This document shows positions 12,998 through 25,800 of a stretch of DNA of 64,000 nt, in pieces. Under the pieces are notes generated by a model. The model was not told the origin of the DNA and searched no databases. It worked only from the letters and a program-made list of their open reading frames with translations. Position 1 is the first letter of the stretch. Each line of letters starts with the position of its first letter. The DNA comes from Anolis carolinensis (taxonomy: Eukaryota). The stretch is taken from the NCBI RefSeq assembly GCF_035594765.1, contig NC_085845.1:161278897-161342896 (forward strand). The letters run 5' to 3'. A program made the translations under genes and the position numbers.

Positions 12998-13202
12998 GGA
13001 TTATCCACACTGCAGAACTAAAGCAGTTTTGCTAACAGCTATAACTTAATTCAATAGAATTCTGAAATGGGTAGTTTTGTGAGATAGTTAGCTTTCTCTA
13101 TCAGAAAACTCTGGTGACACAATAAACTACAAATCTCAGAATCCCATAGTATTGAGCCATGGCAGTTAAAATTGTGTTAAACTCTTTAGTGAAGATGTAC
13201 CC
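12998..13202. mobile_element. PIF/Harbinger-like MITE, same family as 9982
   Basis: Shared internal CCATGGCAGTTAAA / AAACTACAAATC motifs, degenerate TIRs. Confidence 0.7.
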
Positions 13203-13337
13203 TGAGACACCACTCAGATTTGGAAATCTAATAGGGCGACATTAGGAAATCCACACAGACTCAGTCTTATAGGAAAACAGTGGTCAACATTAACAAGGAA
13301 ATCAAAGTGACATGTTAACCATGAGTCAGAGGCATAT

Positions 13338-13379
13338 AGAATAGAATAGAATAGAATAGAATAGAATAGAATAGAATAG
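13338..13379 (+). repeat. (AATAG)n microsatellite
   Basis: Direct reading. Confidence 0.95.
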
Positions 13380-13916
13380 CTTTATTGTCATTCTGCTAAT
13401 TCACAATGAAATTAAATGCCTTTCCCAGCACAGACCACAAAACAACACACCCATCTCTCCACACCCCAACCACCACCACACAACCCCCATATAGCAATGA
13501 CAGAGTATTAAAAGGAATTTCACTGCAATTTAAAAATGCAAAGCCTTGATTTTAAAAGACCATTATTTTGCTAATGATATCCATGTGAGTTTTGCAGATA
13601 TTAACAACAGGAGATAACAACTCTGTGGTGAAAACAGGGTAATAAGAATTCTATATTGCAAGTATACTATGGGTGAGATTTCTGACTCTTATTTTCCCCT
13701 CTCCAATGGAAGAAGTAACAGAATATTAACTTTAACATATGAAAAGATGACGGGATGCCCATTTTGCTTTACATCAATGAACACAAACACAATTTACAAA
13801 CATATTGTATAAGTACACACTCTAATGTAGCTGTGTTTATATTTAAAAACTACACAATCACTTTGGCAATTTGATACAGAGCACATTGCATGAGGAGAGA
13901 GGTAACCCGTTCCTAT

Positions 13917-14076
13917 GGCTGGATTTACACTACCAAATACTGTAGTTTGAATTGTACTATATAGCCAGTATAGACCCGTATAATGCAGTCTGAACTGCAT
14001 TGAACTGTATTATATAGGTCTACACTGGCCATAAAATGCAGTTCAGGTTGTATTATTTGGCAGTGTAGATCCAGCC
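13917..14076. mobile_element. Harbinger-like MITE
   Basis: TIRs GGCTGGATTTACACT / AGTGTAGATCCAGCC. Confidence 0.75.
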
Positions 14077-14097
14077 CATATCTTCTAAAGAAGTCAT

Positions 14098-14363
14098 ATT
14101 TTTTTCGTGTCAGGAGCAATCGGAGTTGCTTCTGGAGTGAGAGAATTGGCCATCTGCAAGGACGTCGCCCAGGGGACGCAGGGATGTTTTGATGATTTAC
14201 CATCCTTGTGGGAGGCTTCTCTCATGTCCCTGCATGGAGCTGGAGCTGTTAGAGGGAGCTCATCCGCTCTCTTCCCGGGTGGGATTTGAACCTGGCAGCC
14301 TTCAGGTCAGCAACCCAACCTTCAAGTCACAAGGCTTTTATCCCCTAGGCCACCGCAGGCTCC
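14098..14363 (-). mobile_element. tRNA-headed SINE with poly(A) tail (tail resembles Vingi-type 3' ends)
   Basis: 12-bp TSD TAAAGAAGTCAT (14086-14097, 14364-14375); B-box-like GGTTCAAATCCC on minus strand; tail CTCCTGACACGAAAAAAA. Confidence 0.85.
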
Positions 14364-16715
14364 TAAAGAAGTCATGAATTTTACCTAACTTACCATCACA
14401 TATGAAATGTGTTCATAATATAGGAAACTTACATTACAAAAGATACAATATTACAATTGTTTCTTTATTCACATACACATTCAATTGTAACATGTATCAA
14501 TAGTCTGCTGATTATTTCCCACTTTTTCCATTGAATCTTTCAAGATAATTTTCCATCAGAAGGTTTCATAGCAGGACAAGTGGACTAGAATCTCCCATTT
14601 GTGAGAGGGGAAAACTTTAAATGCTATAAAATTGACTCAAAATGGGAGTGACGTCTCTCCTTAAGTCAGTTGTTGCACTATACCCAACTGAGATATAAGA
14701 CCACCTTTCTTAAAGCCAGGATACCAGATATCGCTCAGCATATATCATCACATATTTCATAGAAACAATTTTCAAAGAGTGCTGACTTGCACCTTGTAAT
14801 GACTTAAATGGTCATGGTGAAAAGGAAGCCCAAGATAACTGTCATTTTCTAAAATGATGCTAAAGTCGAACCATTTATCACCAGACATGCAGCAGACTTT
14901 ATGCTGAAACCAGCTGCGATGTCAGCAAAACTTGCCACTTATCCATTCATAATTGCTTCTATTCTTTTTTAAAAAATAAAATAAAAATAAAACTAACAGA
15001 TTCTTCTTTTTAATAAAACTCATTTTTATTTACAAGTGGCTAAATATTAATAGAATCTTTTTCTGGTTCCTTCTCTGAAAAATTAAATACATTATGGAAC
15101 ATCTAGGTACTGGTTTCTTCATTCACATCACCTACTTCATGCATAAAAATAAGACATGCATGAACATTAGGAAGCAGCCAGATTCAATGGTTGAATCACT
15201 TCACTGAAACAGGCTGAATGCCTGAAGGTAGAATCATTCAGAATTCAGAAACTATATTCAGAAAAGCAGTGTGTACTAGTTAGTTCTTTGTTTCTAAAAC
15301 AACATAAGGCATTTTTAACCAATTTGAACTCAACATCATTATTTTTAGCAAAACGCTCACACAAGATTGATCCTTAAATTGGGAAGGAATGCACACATAT
15401 TTGTCCATGTGATAATAATATTGATGGGACAGTTGACTAACACATTAAATATATTAGAGAATATTAATGTTAATTGTTTATTCATTATAATTGCAAATCA
15501 CCTCTCTGTGCACCAGGCTGCTAACATAATAGTATACTATAAAACAACATTTTAAAATTATTTTAAAATATATAAAATATTTATAAAACCCAATTTAAAC
15601 ACTGGGGTTTTTTTAAATCAAAGGCTATGCAAAATAAATGTATAGAAAACTAATATTAACAATGGAGTATAAAATATATTTGAAATTATTGGGAGTTGGA
15701 GATAAAGGGCTTTTACTGGGTCGTGGTCTGAATATTTGTGCCCATCATTTGGCACACAGATAGACCCAGCCAATATAGCCAGGAAAATAACGATTAAATT
15801 TAACAGCTCTGCATTGCAAAATTTGGCTTACCTACATTTAATTTCAAAGGCAGCCATTAGTTTAAATGTAATGCAGCAGATTCAACAAATGGAAATGCAC
15901 CAAATGTTCATTGATGGTGCTGGCAGTGTTCTCTTGCCTCTAGCAATCTTTGTGGCAATGAGGAAATTGAAGGCTAGTTGCAGAATATATTTTAACATCT
16001 TCATGTAATCCTGCTGGTCTGCTTTAATCAAGATTATGTATTAGTCAAATACCTTTATGAAAATTGGAAGCCTATACTCATTTTTCACTATCACAAATAT
16101 TTCCTTTGCATTCTCTGTATGAGGATATTTTTAGCATGGAAAAAAGTAATAAAATTAATTTTATGAAGTTTGGGTACAGAAGTACATAGTTATTTTTGAA
16201 GTATTCCAACCTAAGATGATTTAAGCTACTAAAGCACTATTTCAGACCTTCAATGTGATTATGATCATATAGTTAGCCTTCTGGACTTGTGTGTTCTAGA
16301 TCTGCAATTTACACTGATCGAAATGTCATGCCACATATTTTTAAATGGAAGTGATATGGATGTACTGAAGTGTGTGCATTCACAACACTATCATGTAACA
16401 ATATGGGACATAATCATCCATATTTTTATGTGCTTGTAGGATCCTGGAAATGAATCCCCATGCATAGAGAGCTCATTTGATTTCTAAAATGTTGGGATTG
16501 CAATTTTACTGTGTCCTGACTACATTGTGCCAAAGTGAAAAATAGTGTCCGAAAATTATTACAGAATATGTAAGTATTTATTTAGATTTATACACTGAGC
16601 TCATGTAATGCAGTGGCTATTGAAAGGCTGAATTGCATATCATGCCATCCTTGGTTTGAAATTCACTTCATGCATGAAATTGCTAGGTAGAGTTGGCATA
16701 CAGTGTCTGCTCTTT

Positions 16716-16907
16716 GGGTACATTTGCACTGTAGAATTAATGCCATTTGATACCACTTTAACTGTAATGGCTCAATGATACACACGCACCATAGGAATAG
16801 TAGTTTTAGAACATCTTTAGCCTTTTCTACCAAAGCAGTGCTTATGCTGTACCAAACTACAACTCCTCTTAGTCGATAGCATGGACCCATGGCAGTTAAA
16901 GTGATGC
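16716..16907. mobile_element. PIF/Harbinger-like MITE, right end eroded
   Basis: GGGTACATTTGCACTGTAGAATTAATGC...CCATGGCAGTTAAAGTG, similar to 9982. Confidence 0.7.
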
Positions 16908-17687
16908 TCCCTTACACAGTTGATTTAGGGATTATAATAACAGTTTATGTGAAACACTTTCAACCAGTGAAAACACTACACAGACATTAAGTGTTATTAT
17001 TACTTTAAAGAACATTCTTTCTTAAAAATCCTCCACACATCTATGCATTTGTTTTTCTCTGTCACACAGTTATTTTGAATAAGGATGAATACATCTAAAA
17101 GTTTCAAACCAGGGGTGAAGAGGGGTCTCTTATTTGGCTTTATGATGAAGTTTGCTGATGTTTATAAAATTCTGATCAAAATCAAGCCAAACTCTCAACA
17201 TTCTGTCACATGTATTAGGTACATCTATAGAAGAACAGACCATGGAACAACAGACTGGTTCAAGATTGGGAAAGGAGTTCAGCAAGGTTGTATACTCTCA
17301 CTCTACCTATTCAACTTGTATGCAGAATGCAATGTGCTTGGCTTGACAAATCCAAGACTGGGGTTAAAATTGCTGGAAGAAACATTAAAAACCTCAGATA
17401 TGCAGATGATACCACTTTGATGGCTGAAAGCGAGGAGGAGTTGGGGAGCCTTATAACCAAGGTGAATAAGAAAGTGCAAAAGCTGGGTTGCAGTTAAACA
17501 TCAAGAAAACCAAGATTATGTCAACCAGACTGATTGATAACTGGCAAATAGAGGGAGAAAACATGGGGGCAGTGACAGACTTTGCATTTCTAGGTGCAAA
17601 GATTACTGCAGACGCAGACTGCAGCCAGGAAATTAGAAGATGTTTACTTCTTGGGAGGAGAGCAATGCCCAACCTCGGTAAAATAGT

Positions 17688-18599
17688 TGTGATGTCTCAT
17701 GGGCCTTGTAGTCCCGTTCCTAGTACTATTGTGGCAGATGAAGAGGAAAACATGGGATTTACACCGTTTCAGCCAGAAACGGAGCCCCTGCACCTGCAGG
17801 ATGTTTGCCCTCAAGAAGTTAGCCAAACAAGCCTTGGGCAGAATTCTCCCCCGTTTTCTCGAAAGGACAATTATAATAAAGATAGAGGCGCTAGGGAGGC
17901 GAATCGCCGAAGCGCCAGAATCGCAGCCAAACAATTAGTTGATTAGGTCTGCTTCCCTTGGGAAATTCTAAGGAGTCATGCATCTGGACAGAGATGAGTT
18001 TCACTTCTAGTTCTCCAGGGAAAGTGTTCTTCTGGCGGGAAACGAGACCCTATTTAGGTGTTTTGCCGTGAAGGAAACCTTGCGGAGTCAATTCGTCAGC
18101 TTGAGGAGTGAGATCGTGTGTAGACTTCGTACTCCAGTTCCCTGTTTCCCGGATCAAGTTTCCAGCCTTGCCTTGTTCCACGGACTTCTATGGACTCAGT
18201 TCTTGTTTCATGTTTGCCTTGTTTCAAGTTTGATCTTGCCAAGTTTCAAGTCTTGCCTTGCCTTGCGTTTTAAACCACGGATCTTGCTTCCTAGATTCAA
18301 GCCTTGTTTTCCAGTTTCCTTCGGATTTACCTTAAGCCTCGAAAGACTATGGACAGTTCCCCACACTATTGCTTGTCAAATAGTGTGTGTTTCGGTCAAG
18401 TGGATTATAACTTTGGACTCTAATATCACATATTGGACATTGTTTTCCTGGACTATATTTGACCTTTCCTGAAAGGTCTACTTCTGAACTATATTCTTCA
18501 CTTGTTTTTATTGACTTTATATATTTCCTTAATAAAGATATTAGATAGATTCTGGCCTCTGCGCATGGTTATTGGTGTTCTGCAGCCTGGGTCCTGACA
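17688..18599 (+). mobile_element. Solo LTR (912 bp) of an LTR retrotransposon/ERV
   Basis: TGT...ACA termini, perfect 5-bp TSD ATAGT (17683-17687, 18600-18604), TATA-like TATTTA at 18051, AATAAA at 18531. Confidence 0.88.
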
Positions 18600-18638
18600 A
18601 TAGTGAAGAGTAGAGACATCACACTGGCAACGAAGATC

Positions 18639-19530
18639 ATAGAATCATAGAATAGTAGAGTTGGAAGAGACCACATGGGCCATCTAGTCCAACCCCCTGC
18701 TAAGAAGCAGGAAATCGCATTCAAAGCACCCCCGACAGATGGCCATCCAGCCTCTGCTTAAAAGCCTCCAAGGAAGGAGCCTCCACCACGGCCCCGGGGA
18801 GAGAGTTCCACTGTCGAACAGCTCTCACAGTGAGGAAGTTCTTCCTGATGTTCAAGTGGAATCTCCTTTCCTGTAGTTTGAAGCCATTGTTCCGTGTCCT
18901 AGTCTGCAGGGCAGCAGAAAACAAGCTTGCTCCCTCTTCCCTATGACTTCCCTTCACGTATTTGTACATGGCTATCATGTCTCCTCTCAGCCTTCTCTTC
19001 TGCAGGCTAAACATGCCCAGCTCTTTAAGCCGCTCCTCATAGGGCTTGTTCTCCAGACCCTTAATCATTTTAGTCGCCCTCCTCTGGACGCTTTCCAGTT
19101 TGTCAACATCTCCCTTCAACTGTGGTGCCCAAAATTGGACACAGTATTCCAGGTGTGGTCTGACCAAGGCAGAATAGAGGGGGAGCATAACTTCCCTGGA
19201 TCTAGACGCTATTCCCCTATTGATGCAGGCCAGAATCCCATTGGCTTTTTTAGCAGCCGCATCACATTGTTGGCTCATGTTTAACTTGTTGTCCACGAGG
19301 ACTCCAAGGTCTTTTTCGCACACACTGCTGTCAAGCCAGGCGTCCCCCATTCTGTATCTTTGATTTCCATTTTTTCTGCCGAAGTGAAGTATCTTGCATT
19401 TGTCCCTGTTGAACTTCATTTTGTTAGTTTTGGCCCATCTCTCTAGTCTGTCAAGATCGTTTTGAATTCTGCTCCTGTCTTCTGGAGTGTTAGCTATCCC
19501 TCCCAGTTTTGTGTCGTCTGCAAACTTGAT
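18639..19530 (-). mobile_element. Young 5'-truncated CR1 LINE nested in Bov-B
   Basis: Uninterrupted ORF2 C-terminus; (ATTCTATG)n tail; GATC duplicated at both junctions (18635-18638, 19531-19534). Confidence 0.95.
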
Positions 19531-19533
19531 GAT
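18721..19533 (-). pseudogene. CR1 ORF2 reverse transcriptase C-terminal part (about 270 codons, stop-free but 5'-truncated)
   Basis: [38 protein letters not shown] motifs; the ATG in the ORF track lies in flanking Bov-B sequence. Confidence 0.9.
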
Positions 19534-20118
19534 CCACATAGTTAAAGCAATGGTATTCCCTGTGATAACCTATGGATGCAAGAGCTGGACCATAAGGAAG
19601 ACTGAGCAAAGGAAGATAGATGTTTTTGAACTGTGGTGTTGGAGGAAAATTCTGAGAGTGCCTTGGACCGCAAGAAGATCCAACCAGTTCATGCTCTAAG
19701 AAATAATGCCCGGCTGCTCACTGGAGGGAAAAATATTAGAGGCAAAGATAAAGTACTATGGTCACATAATGAGAAGACAGGAAAGCTTGGAGAAGATCAT
19801 GATGCTGGGGAAAATGGAAGGAAAAAGGAAGAGGGGCCAGTATCCTTGAAGTGATTGGCTTGACCCTGTAGGAGCTGTGTGTGGTGACAGTTGACAGGGA
19901 GCTCTGGTGTGGGCTGGTCCATAAGATCATGAAGAATCGGAAGCAACTGGATGAATAAACAACAAATGGGAAGGGCATGTTAGACCTCCTCATGAGCAGT
20001 TTAAAGATGCAGAAACTATCAAAGAAACAACAACAACAATAAGAAATGACTGGTACATAAAATGATGCTGATTATTACATGGAGGCAATAAACTATGTTT
20101 GTGGTGAAAGTTTAAGTA

Positions 20119-20441
20119 CAATAGAGTCTCACTTACCCAAGCTAAACGGGCTAGCAGAAGCTTGGATAAGCAAATATCTTGGATAATAAGGAGGGATTAA
20201 GGAAAAGCCTATTAAACATCAAATTAGGTTATGATTTTACAAATTAAGCACCAAAACATCATGTTATACAACACATTTGACAGAAAAAGTAGTTCAATAT
20301 GCAGTAATGTTATGTTGTAATTACTGTATTTACGAATTTAGCACCAAAATATCACGATATATTGAAAACATTGACTACAAAAATGGCTTGGATAATCCAG
20401 AAGCTTAGATAAGCGAGGCTTGGATAAGTGAGACTCTACTG
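20119..20441. mobile_element. Tc1/mariner MITE (323 bp)
   Basis: TIRs CAATAGAGTCTCACTTACCCAA / TTGGATAAGTGAGACTCTACTG; TA on both sides. Confidence 0.92.
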
Positions 20442-21779
20442 TAGTTGATTAAATGGCAGACCAAGATTACAGATGATAAAATCTCTTAACCAAAGTAAGC
20501 ACCCAAAGCAACTCACATCTACAATCAACTATAGGGAGCCTATAAAATCAATAATACTGATCCCATAGCTTGATTATGTACTCAGTGATCTGGCGAAAAT
20601 TCTGTTCATTAAATTCAGAGCTTTCCTACAGTTTTATAAGAACTCAGTCCTAACTGACAAAGATGACCAAGGGCCAGCTGAAAATACTGAAACCAAATGC
20701 CTCCCATTTGAAACTACTGAATCCATATGGCTCCCATAGAGGCACTGGAAATTACTTTGGATTATGCTCACCTTGGCCCAACTTTGTGCTGGCATTGTAG
20801 ACCAGATGAGGTTTGAATGTTGTGTAATCTAACTTCAGTCTCTTGCCATCCCTTCACTAAACCTTTCTAGCTATAAATAATACTGGAGGGTTCTGCTGGA
20901 AGAAGTACATTTCCTCCGAACAAGAATGACTTGGGTCTTATACTAACTGACCTGTAGCTGAACCCTTTCAGTTCAGCATGCTCTAGAAATGTTAGAAGAG
21001 CAGAGATTAATTTTATTCTCTTACATTGAAGGGAGTTATTTAATAGTTGATCACCTGTCTGAAACAGCCTCTAGGACAGTAAGCTGTTTTGTACCATTCT
21101 AAAGTAAATTATCAACAAAGAATGAAGGAAGAACACTTTAACCCTCCAATCCCATTCTTCAAGATCACTGTTTCTCATCAAGCAACTTTCAAACAGCCTC
21201 TATTACTGGCATTAAAAACCCCATGTGTCACCAATTGCTTGTTCTTGGCACAAATATTTTAAAAGGCATTAAGCTATTGGGGGAAAAATGGCACCCAGGT
21301 GAAACTTCATTGCTAATAAAATAAAAATGGGAAATGGGAAACGGGAAAGAAAAAAGAATCCTAGCCTCATTACCTCTTTACTGTGTGGACCTGTTGTTAC
21401 CTGGCACCCCCAGCTGCCAAGAAAGGCTGACCAGCCGCTTCACAGACTTTCTGCTCATCTAACAGATGGCATGAATGTAGTCAGTCTATTGGCAATGCAT
21501 GCAATCAACTTGTGAGAAGACGAGACTCCCCAGACATCAAGGTTTAAATGGTCGCACTTGCTGAAAATACACAACTGTAAAAACATTTTTATGAGCTGCT
21601 CTACTTTTTTATGGAAAGGAAACAAACAAACAAAAGGCCTACACCTCAGCAAAATGTGTTCAGCTCAAGTCTTATTATATACAAGGAAATAGTAAAATTA
21701 TGTCCCTTGTGCCAGAGAGTACTTGAAAAAGTGTGAAATTTATGGTATGCCTAAACATCAGTGTATTGCAAGAATGGGG

Positions 21780-21879
21780 CAAAATCAAGATTAGGTTTTT
21801 GGATATTTTATTGTATTTGATTGAGCCATGGTTGATTGGATATGTGGGTGCAAAACCTGTTGATATAGAGGGCCAACTG
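21780..21879. mobile_element. Degraded Tigger-like MITE end
   Basis: GATATAGAGGGCCAACTG followed by TA. Confidence 0.45.
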
Positions 21880-22513
21880 TATATTAATACATACTTCCTT
21901 ATGTCTAACAAGAATTCTATAACTGTAAATCTACAGGAAACAGATATTTGAAACTCTGTATTGAGCACTTATTCAAAAACATTTGCCAAAGTATGTTATG
22001 GCAGTGGGTGCATTTTTGACAGAAATTGGAATTGAAAGGACCAACTTATTTGAATTCATATGTGTGGAAGATTAATTATCCAGAATGGATTGAAAGGATT
22101 GCAGGTTAACCAAGTCACTCATGAGCTGAATGGCTGGGTGATGGCCAATATTTAAACATCCAAAAGGACTTAATTTAAATGATACCCCACGGAATATAAT
22201 TTTAGTTTTCAGTGCCAGAGAGAAAGAGGGAGAGTGTGTACACAATTTAGAATTGTAAGCCAATGAAGAGAAAGAAAGAGGAAAATATTTGGTAGACATT
22301 TTTGTCTTATATATACTAAGGGACCAGGCATAAGGTGTAAAGCACAAATGTACTGCAGGCCAGAGATAACAGTCCAATCCAAACTTAATCATACATCATA
22401 CTAAAAAATATTTATGAATTGATATTTCTTTGAATCTATGCACATGTTTCTCAAATAGTTCTTCTGCAGCTAGTCAGAAACAACTTTAGAGTGAAATATA
22501 CATTTATATATAA

Positions 22514-22835
22514 GGAGCCCCGGTGGCAAAGTGCGTTAAAGCACTGAGCTGGAGACTGAAAGGTCCCAGGTTCAATCCCCGGAAGCAGCGTGAGTGGCCG
22601 CTGTTAGCTCCACCTCCTGCCAACCTAGCAGTTTGAAAACATGCCAATGTGAGATCAATAGGTACCACTCCGGCGGGAAGGTAACGGCGCTCCATGCAAT
22701 CATGCCGGCCACATGACCTTGGAGATGTCTACGGACAACGCCTGCTCTTCGGCTTAGAAATGGAGATGAGCACCAACCCCCAGAGTCAGACATGACTTGA
22801 CTTTACATCAGGGGAAAACCTTTACCTTTACCTTT
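22514..22835 (+). mobile_element. Sauria SINE, full length
   Basis: tRNA-like head, (ACCTTT)n tail, TSD TATACATTTATA (22497-22508, 22836-22847). Confidence 0.95.
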
Positions 22836-25800
22836 TATACATTTATACTTGGTAATTGATCCAGTTGCTACTGAAGAACAAAGTATGTGTCTGTTCAGTT
22901 AAACTAGAACTTTTAAACTGAAAGATATTTGTGATTTTCCTTGTACTATTTTTTTTTCCAGAACTAACAGTCCCAGAGTTCCTTGTAAGGAGGCAGGATA
23001 AAGGAACATCTGGGGGCAGGCAAAAGACTATCGTATTAAGTGAATGTGACCCCAAGGACCCTGAACATCAGTCCTGCTGAAAATGTATAACATCAAAAAT
23101 GTGAAGGGAAGAGAAGTTCTACCAATAAAAGTGAACAGATCCAAATGCAGATAAGAAATCTTTTCCAAAGCTGTGAAGTTTGTGCCAGTAGATTAGAAAG
23201 TTGGGAAAACATTGTGTCCTCCCTGCCCTTTTGAGGCCTTTTGTAGGTTTACTGGGGTGGCTAGTGCCAGAAAAAAAGGACCCAAGGGATGTACTTTTTG
23301 TATTCCAGGTGTTGATATACACGGTCTAAGATTTAAAGATATGGTTGTATTGCAGAAGATTTCAACATGTAATCCCATGTGTCCAAGTTAGGGTTGTTGC
23401 ATGAAATAAGGGACAAGTCTCCCAGTTCTTCAATGGTTGTGAAGTTGGAGAATTGTACCTGATAAAATCCTCTCTTCTGCACAATCATTAAAGGAACAGG
23501 AACCTTGTTTCTTATTTTGCCTGTCAGCATTAGTTCAAGGACATTGAACTTGGGTTTCTCAAGAAAACACAACACAACACTTTGGAACTAGAAAACTTTC
23601 AGAAGCCATTTGTGAAGTAGCATATTCCACTGGGTGAATGGAAGCCTTTGGTTGTGCCTGTAGTAATACATTGGCTCTCAGCCAACATCATTGTATATAT
23701 GAACAATTTAAATCAGCAAAGCTTTGGAAAACAGTAGATGTGACATTAAGTGCATCTTTATATTCACATAAAAAGGAATTTTAAAAATTCAAACCGCATC
23801 AACTCTGGCAAGGACAAGGGTTGTTGACTCTATTGAGGGGTTTCCTTCAAATGGAAATTCTGTTTTCAGATAGATAATGGACTTCCTCAGGACCACTTGA
23901 GGAGATAAAGGATGTCATGCCTGCTCTGACCTTGATAATTATCTCCTAAGTAGCCGATGCTATTTCCATTTTTTTTAGAGGAAGATTTTCTCAGCTAACA
24001 TCACATCTATTTAAAGTCACATTGAGTAAGCGTTTTAGGAGCATAAAATATTTTGGGAGAATTAGTCAAATGTTCCATTCCCTTTTAGCTAACTCTACTG
24101 GAATGGAACACATACTTTTTCTAGCAATTACCTGTGCCTTCTCAGGGGAGCCAGAATCCCTTTTGGAGAATTTAAAGGGTAGGTAAAAAGCTAATTTATT
24201 TTCAAGAGCAGATTCTGGGGTGTTTTTTTTAAAAAAAGAAAAAAATACCATTCCATCTTTAAGTGCTGAGTCAAGGCATATCTATAAAATTTAATGTGCA
24301 AGCAATAACACAGACTTACATTTTTTAATGCATAAGCAAGTACATTCATAATTGAGCATCCCCTTATCTTGGCGGCAGTCTCAAGTACCTCAACATTTTG
24401 CTTCCATCTTTGTGTTTTCCAGCATTTGACAATGTCCCATTCATGAGATCTCTTTCTAACAACTACACTTGTGTCATAGAAAACATGAATTAATGTTCTT
24501 CCAACACAGAAAAGTTACATGGCATTTTATATATTTATTTCTGTTTGTTTTACTGCAGGTTCTCATTTATAAATAAACGAAACATGCCATAATGTGAAAG
24601 TTATTTAAAACTGTGTTTTTTAAGCACAGAAACGTGGAGAAAAATGATAAAATCTAGCCCATTTATATTTGATACTTTGAAGAATTAAATGTGGCATAGT
24701 CCATCTCAATCTACTCAATCTTCAGCTATAAAGTGGTTTCAGAATCTTCAAAAATTTGGAGAAAGTATGAAGTTGCAAAGCAGGGTGAACACAAGAAACT
24801 TTTCCTCCTGAGACAAAGGACAAGATGGCATCCAGTCTATTCTATATATAGCAGAAGACTGGAATGGCAGTTGGATCTTTATTCAACCTCGGTAACATGA
24901 TGGTATCACCCAACCTGCACAAGAAAAGCAAAATAATTTAGGTGGTTCAGGGTACAAATAACAATGTTCTCTAAAAACAAGAAATGGGTAGCGGTCTTAG
25001 CCTGTGCAACTGCCAGCTGCCATGGCTTTCCTAATGGGAAGAACAAATCTTACTGCAAAGTATAGTTGCTGTTGCATTAGGGATGTATTCATCTTTTGAC
25101 ATTTTAAGGCACTTAAAATCTTGGAACATGTATAAACCACATGATTTAAATTAATTTTATTTAGATAATTAAGTTCAGTCAAGAACATATTCCCCTTCCC
25201 AAGCAAGCACTTTTCTAGAGTTCCCACACACCCATTATTGTTCAGCATGTTCTTCTTATACAGTCCAAGAAAAATATATGCCTGTCAAATCTATATTCTA
25301 ACCTTGGGGTGACTTTGATACTGTTAGATCATCATGGGATACAATCATATTGTCTTCTTCTCCGCTAGAAGGAGAGTAGAGCTTTTATTAGAACAGCAGG
25401 CATCATGGTGCTAAATTAAAGGGAAGGGTGTTTTTGTTGGAAACACTCAAAACAGAATAGGAGATTTAGCCATCTGTACATTGAAATTGTCTCAGAAATC
25501 TCTGGTGATTAGTTTAAGCTAGCACAAACCACAGCCCAATTGTAAAACTGGTGTTTAAAAACATTTATTTGAATTTTCTTGTACACAACTGGCATTTTTA
25601 AACTTTTCCAAACTAAAACCATCATTAAGCAGAACACAAAAAACTGGTTTGTTACAGAAAGTAGCAATGCATCACAACAAAGTACAAGAAAGAAATGTGT
25701 TGAGTTTGAATTGACATATGAGGGATCCCATTTTACACCTCCGAAAACAGACAATGGAATAAAATTTCCCTTAGACTTGAAAATCAATACATTACCAAGG

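Larger units (their letters stand above)
17231..19966 (+). mobile_element. Bov-B (RTE clade) LINE, 5'-truncated, split by a solo LTR and a CR1
   Basis: RT motifs [56 protein letters not shown]; the sequence rejoins exactly across both inserts; (CAA) tail. Confidence 0.92.

Noticed and set aside
17488-17946. 152-aa ORF as a real chimeric gene
   Set aside because: In-frame join of a Bov-B remnant and an LTR is expected one time in three; non-ATG start; no expression evidence
22514-22600. tRNA genes at SINE heads
   Set aside because: A/B boxes belong to SINEs; no full cloverleaf
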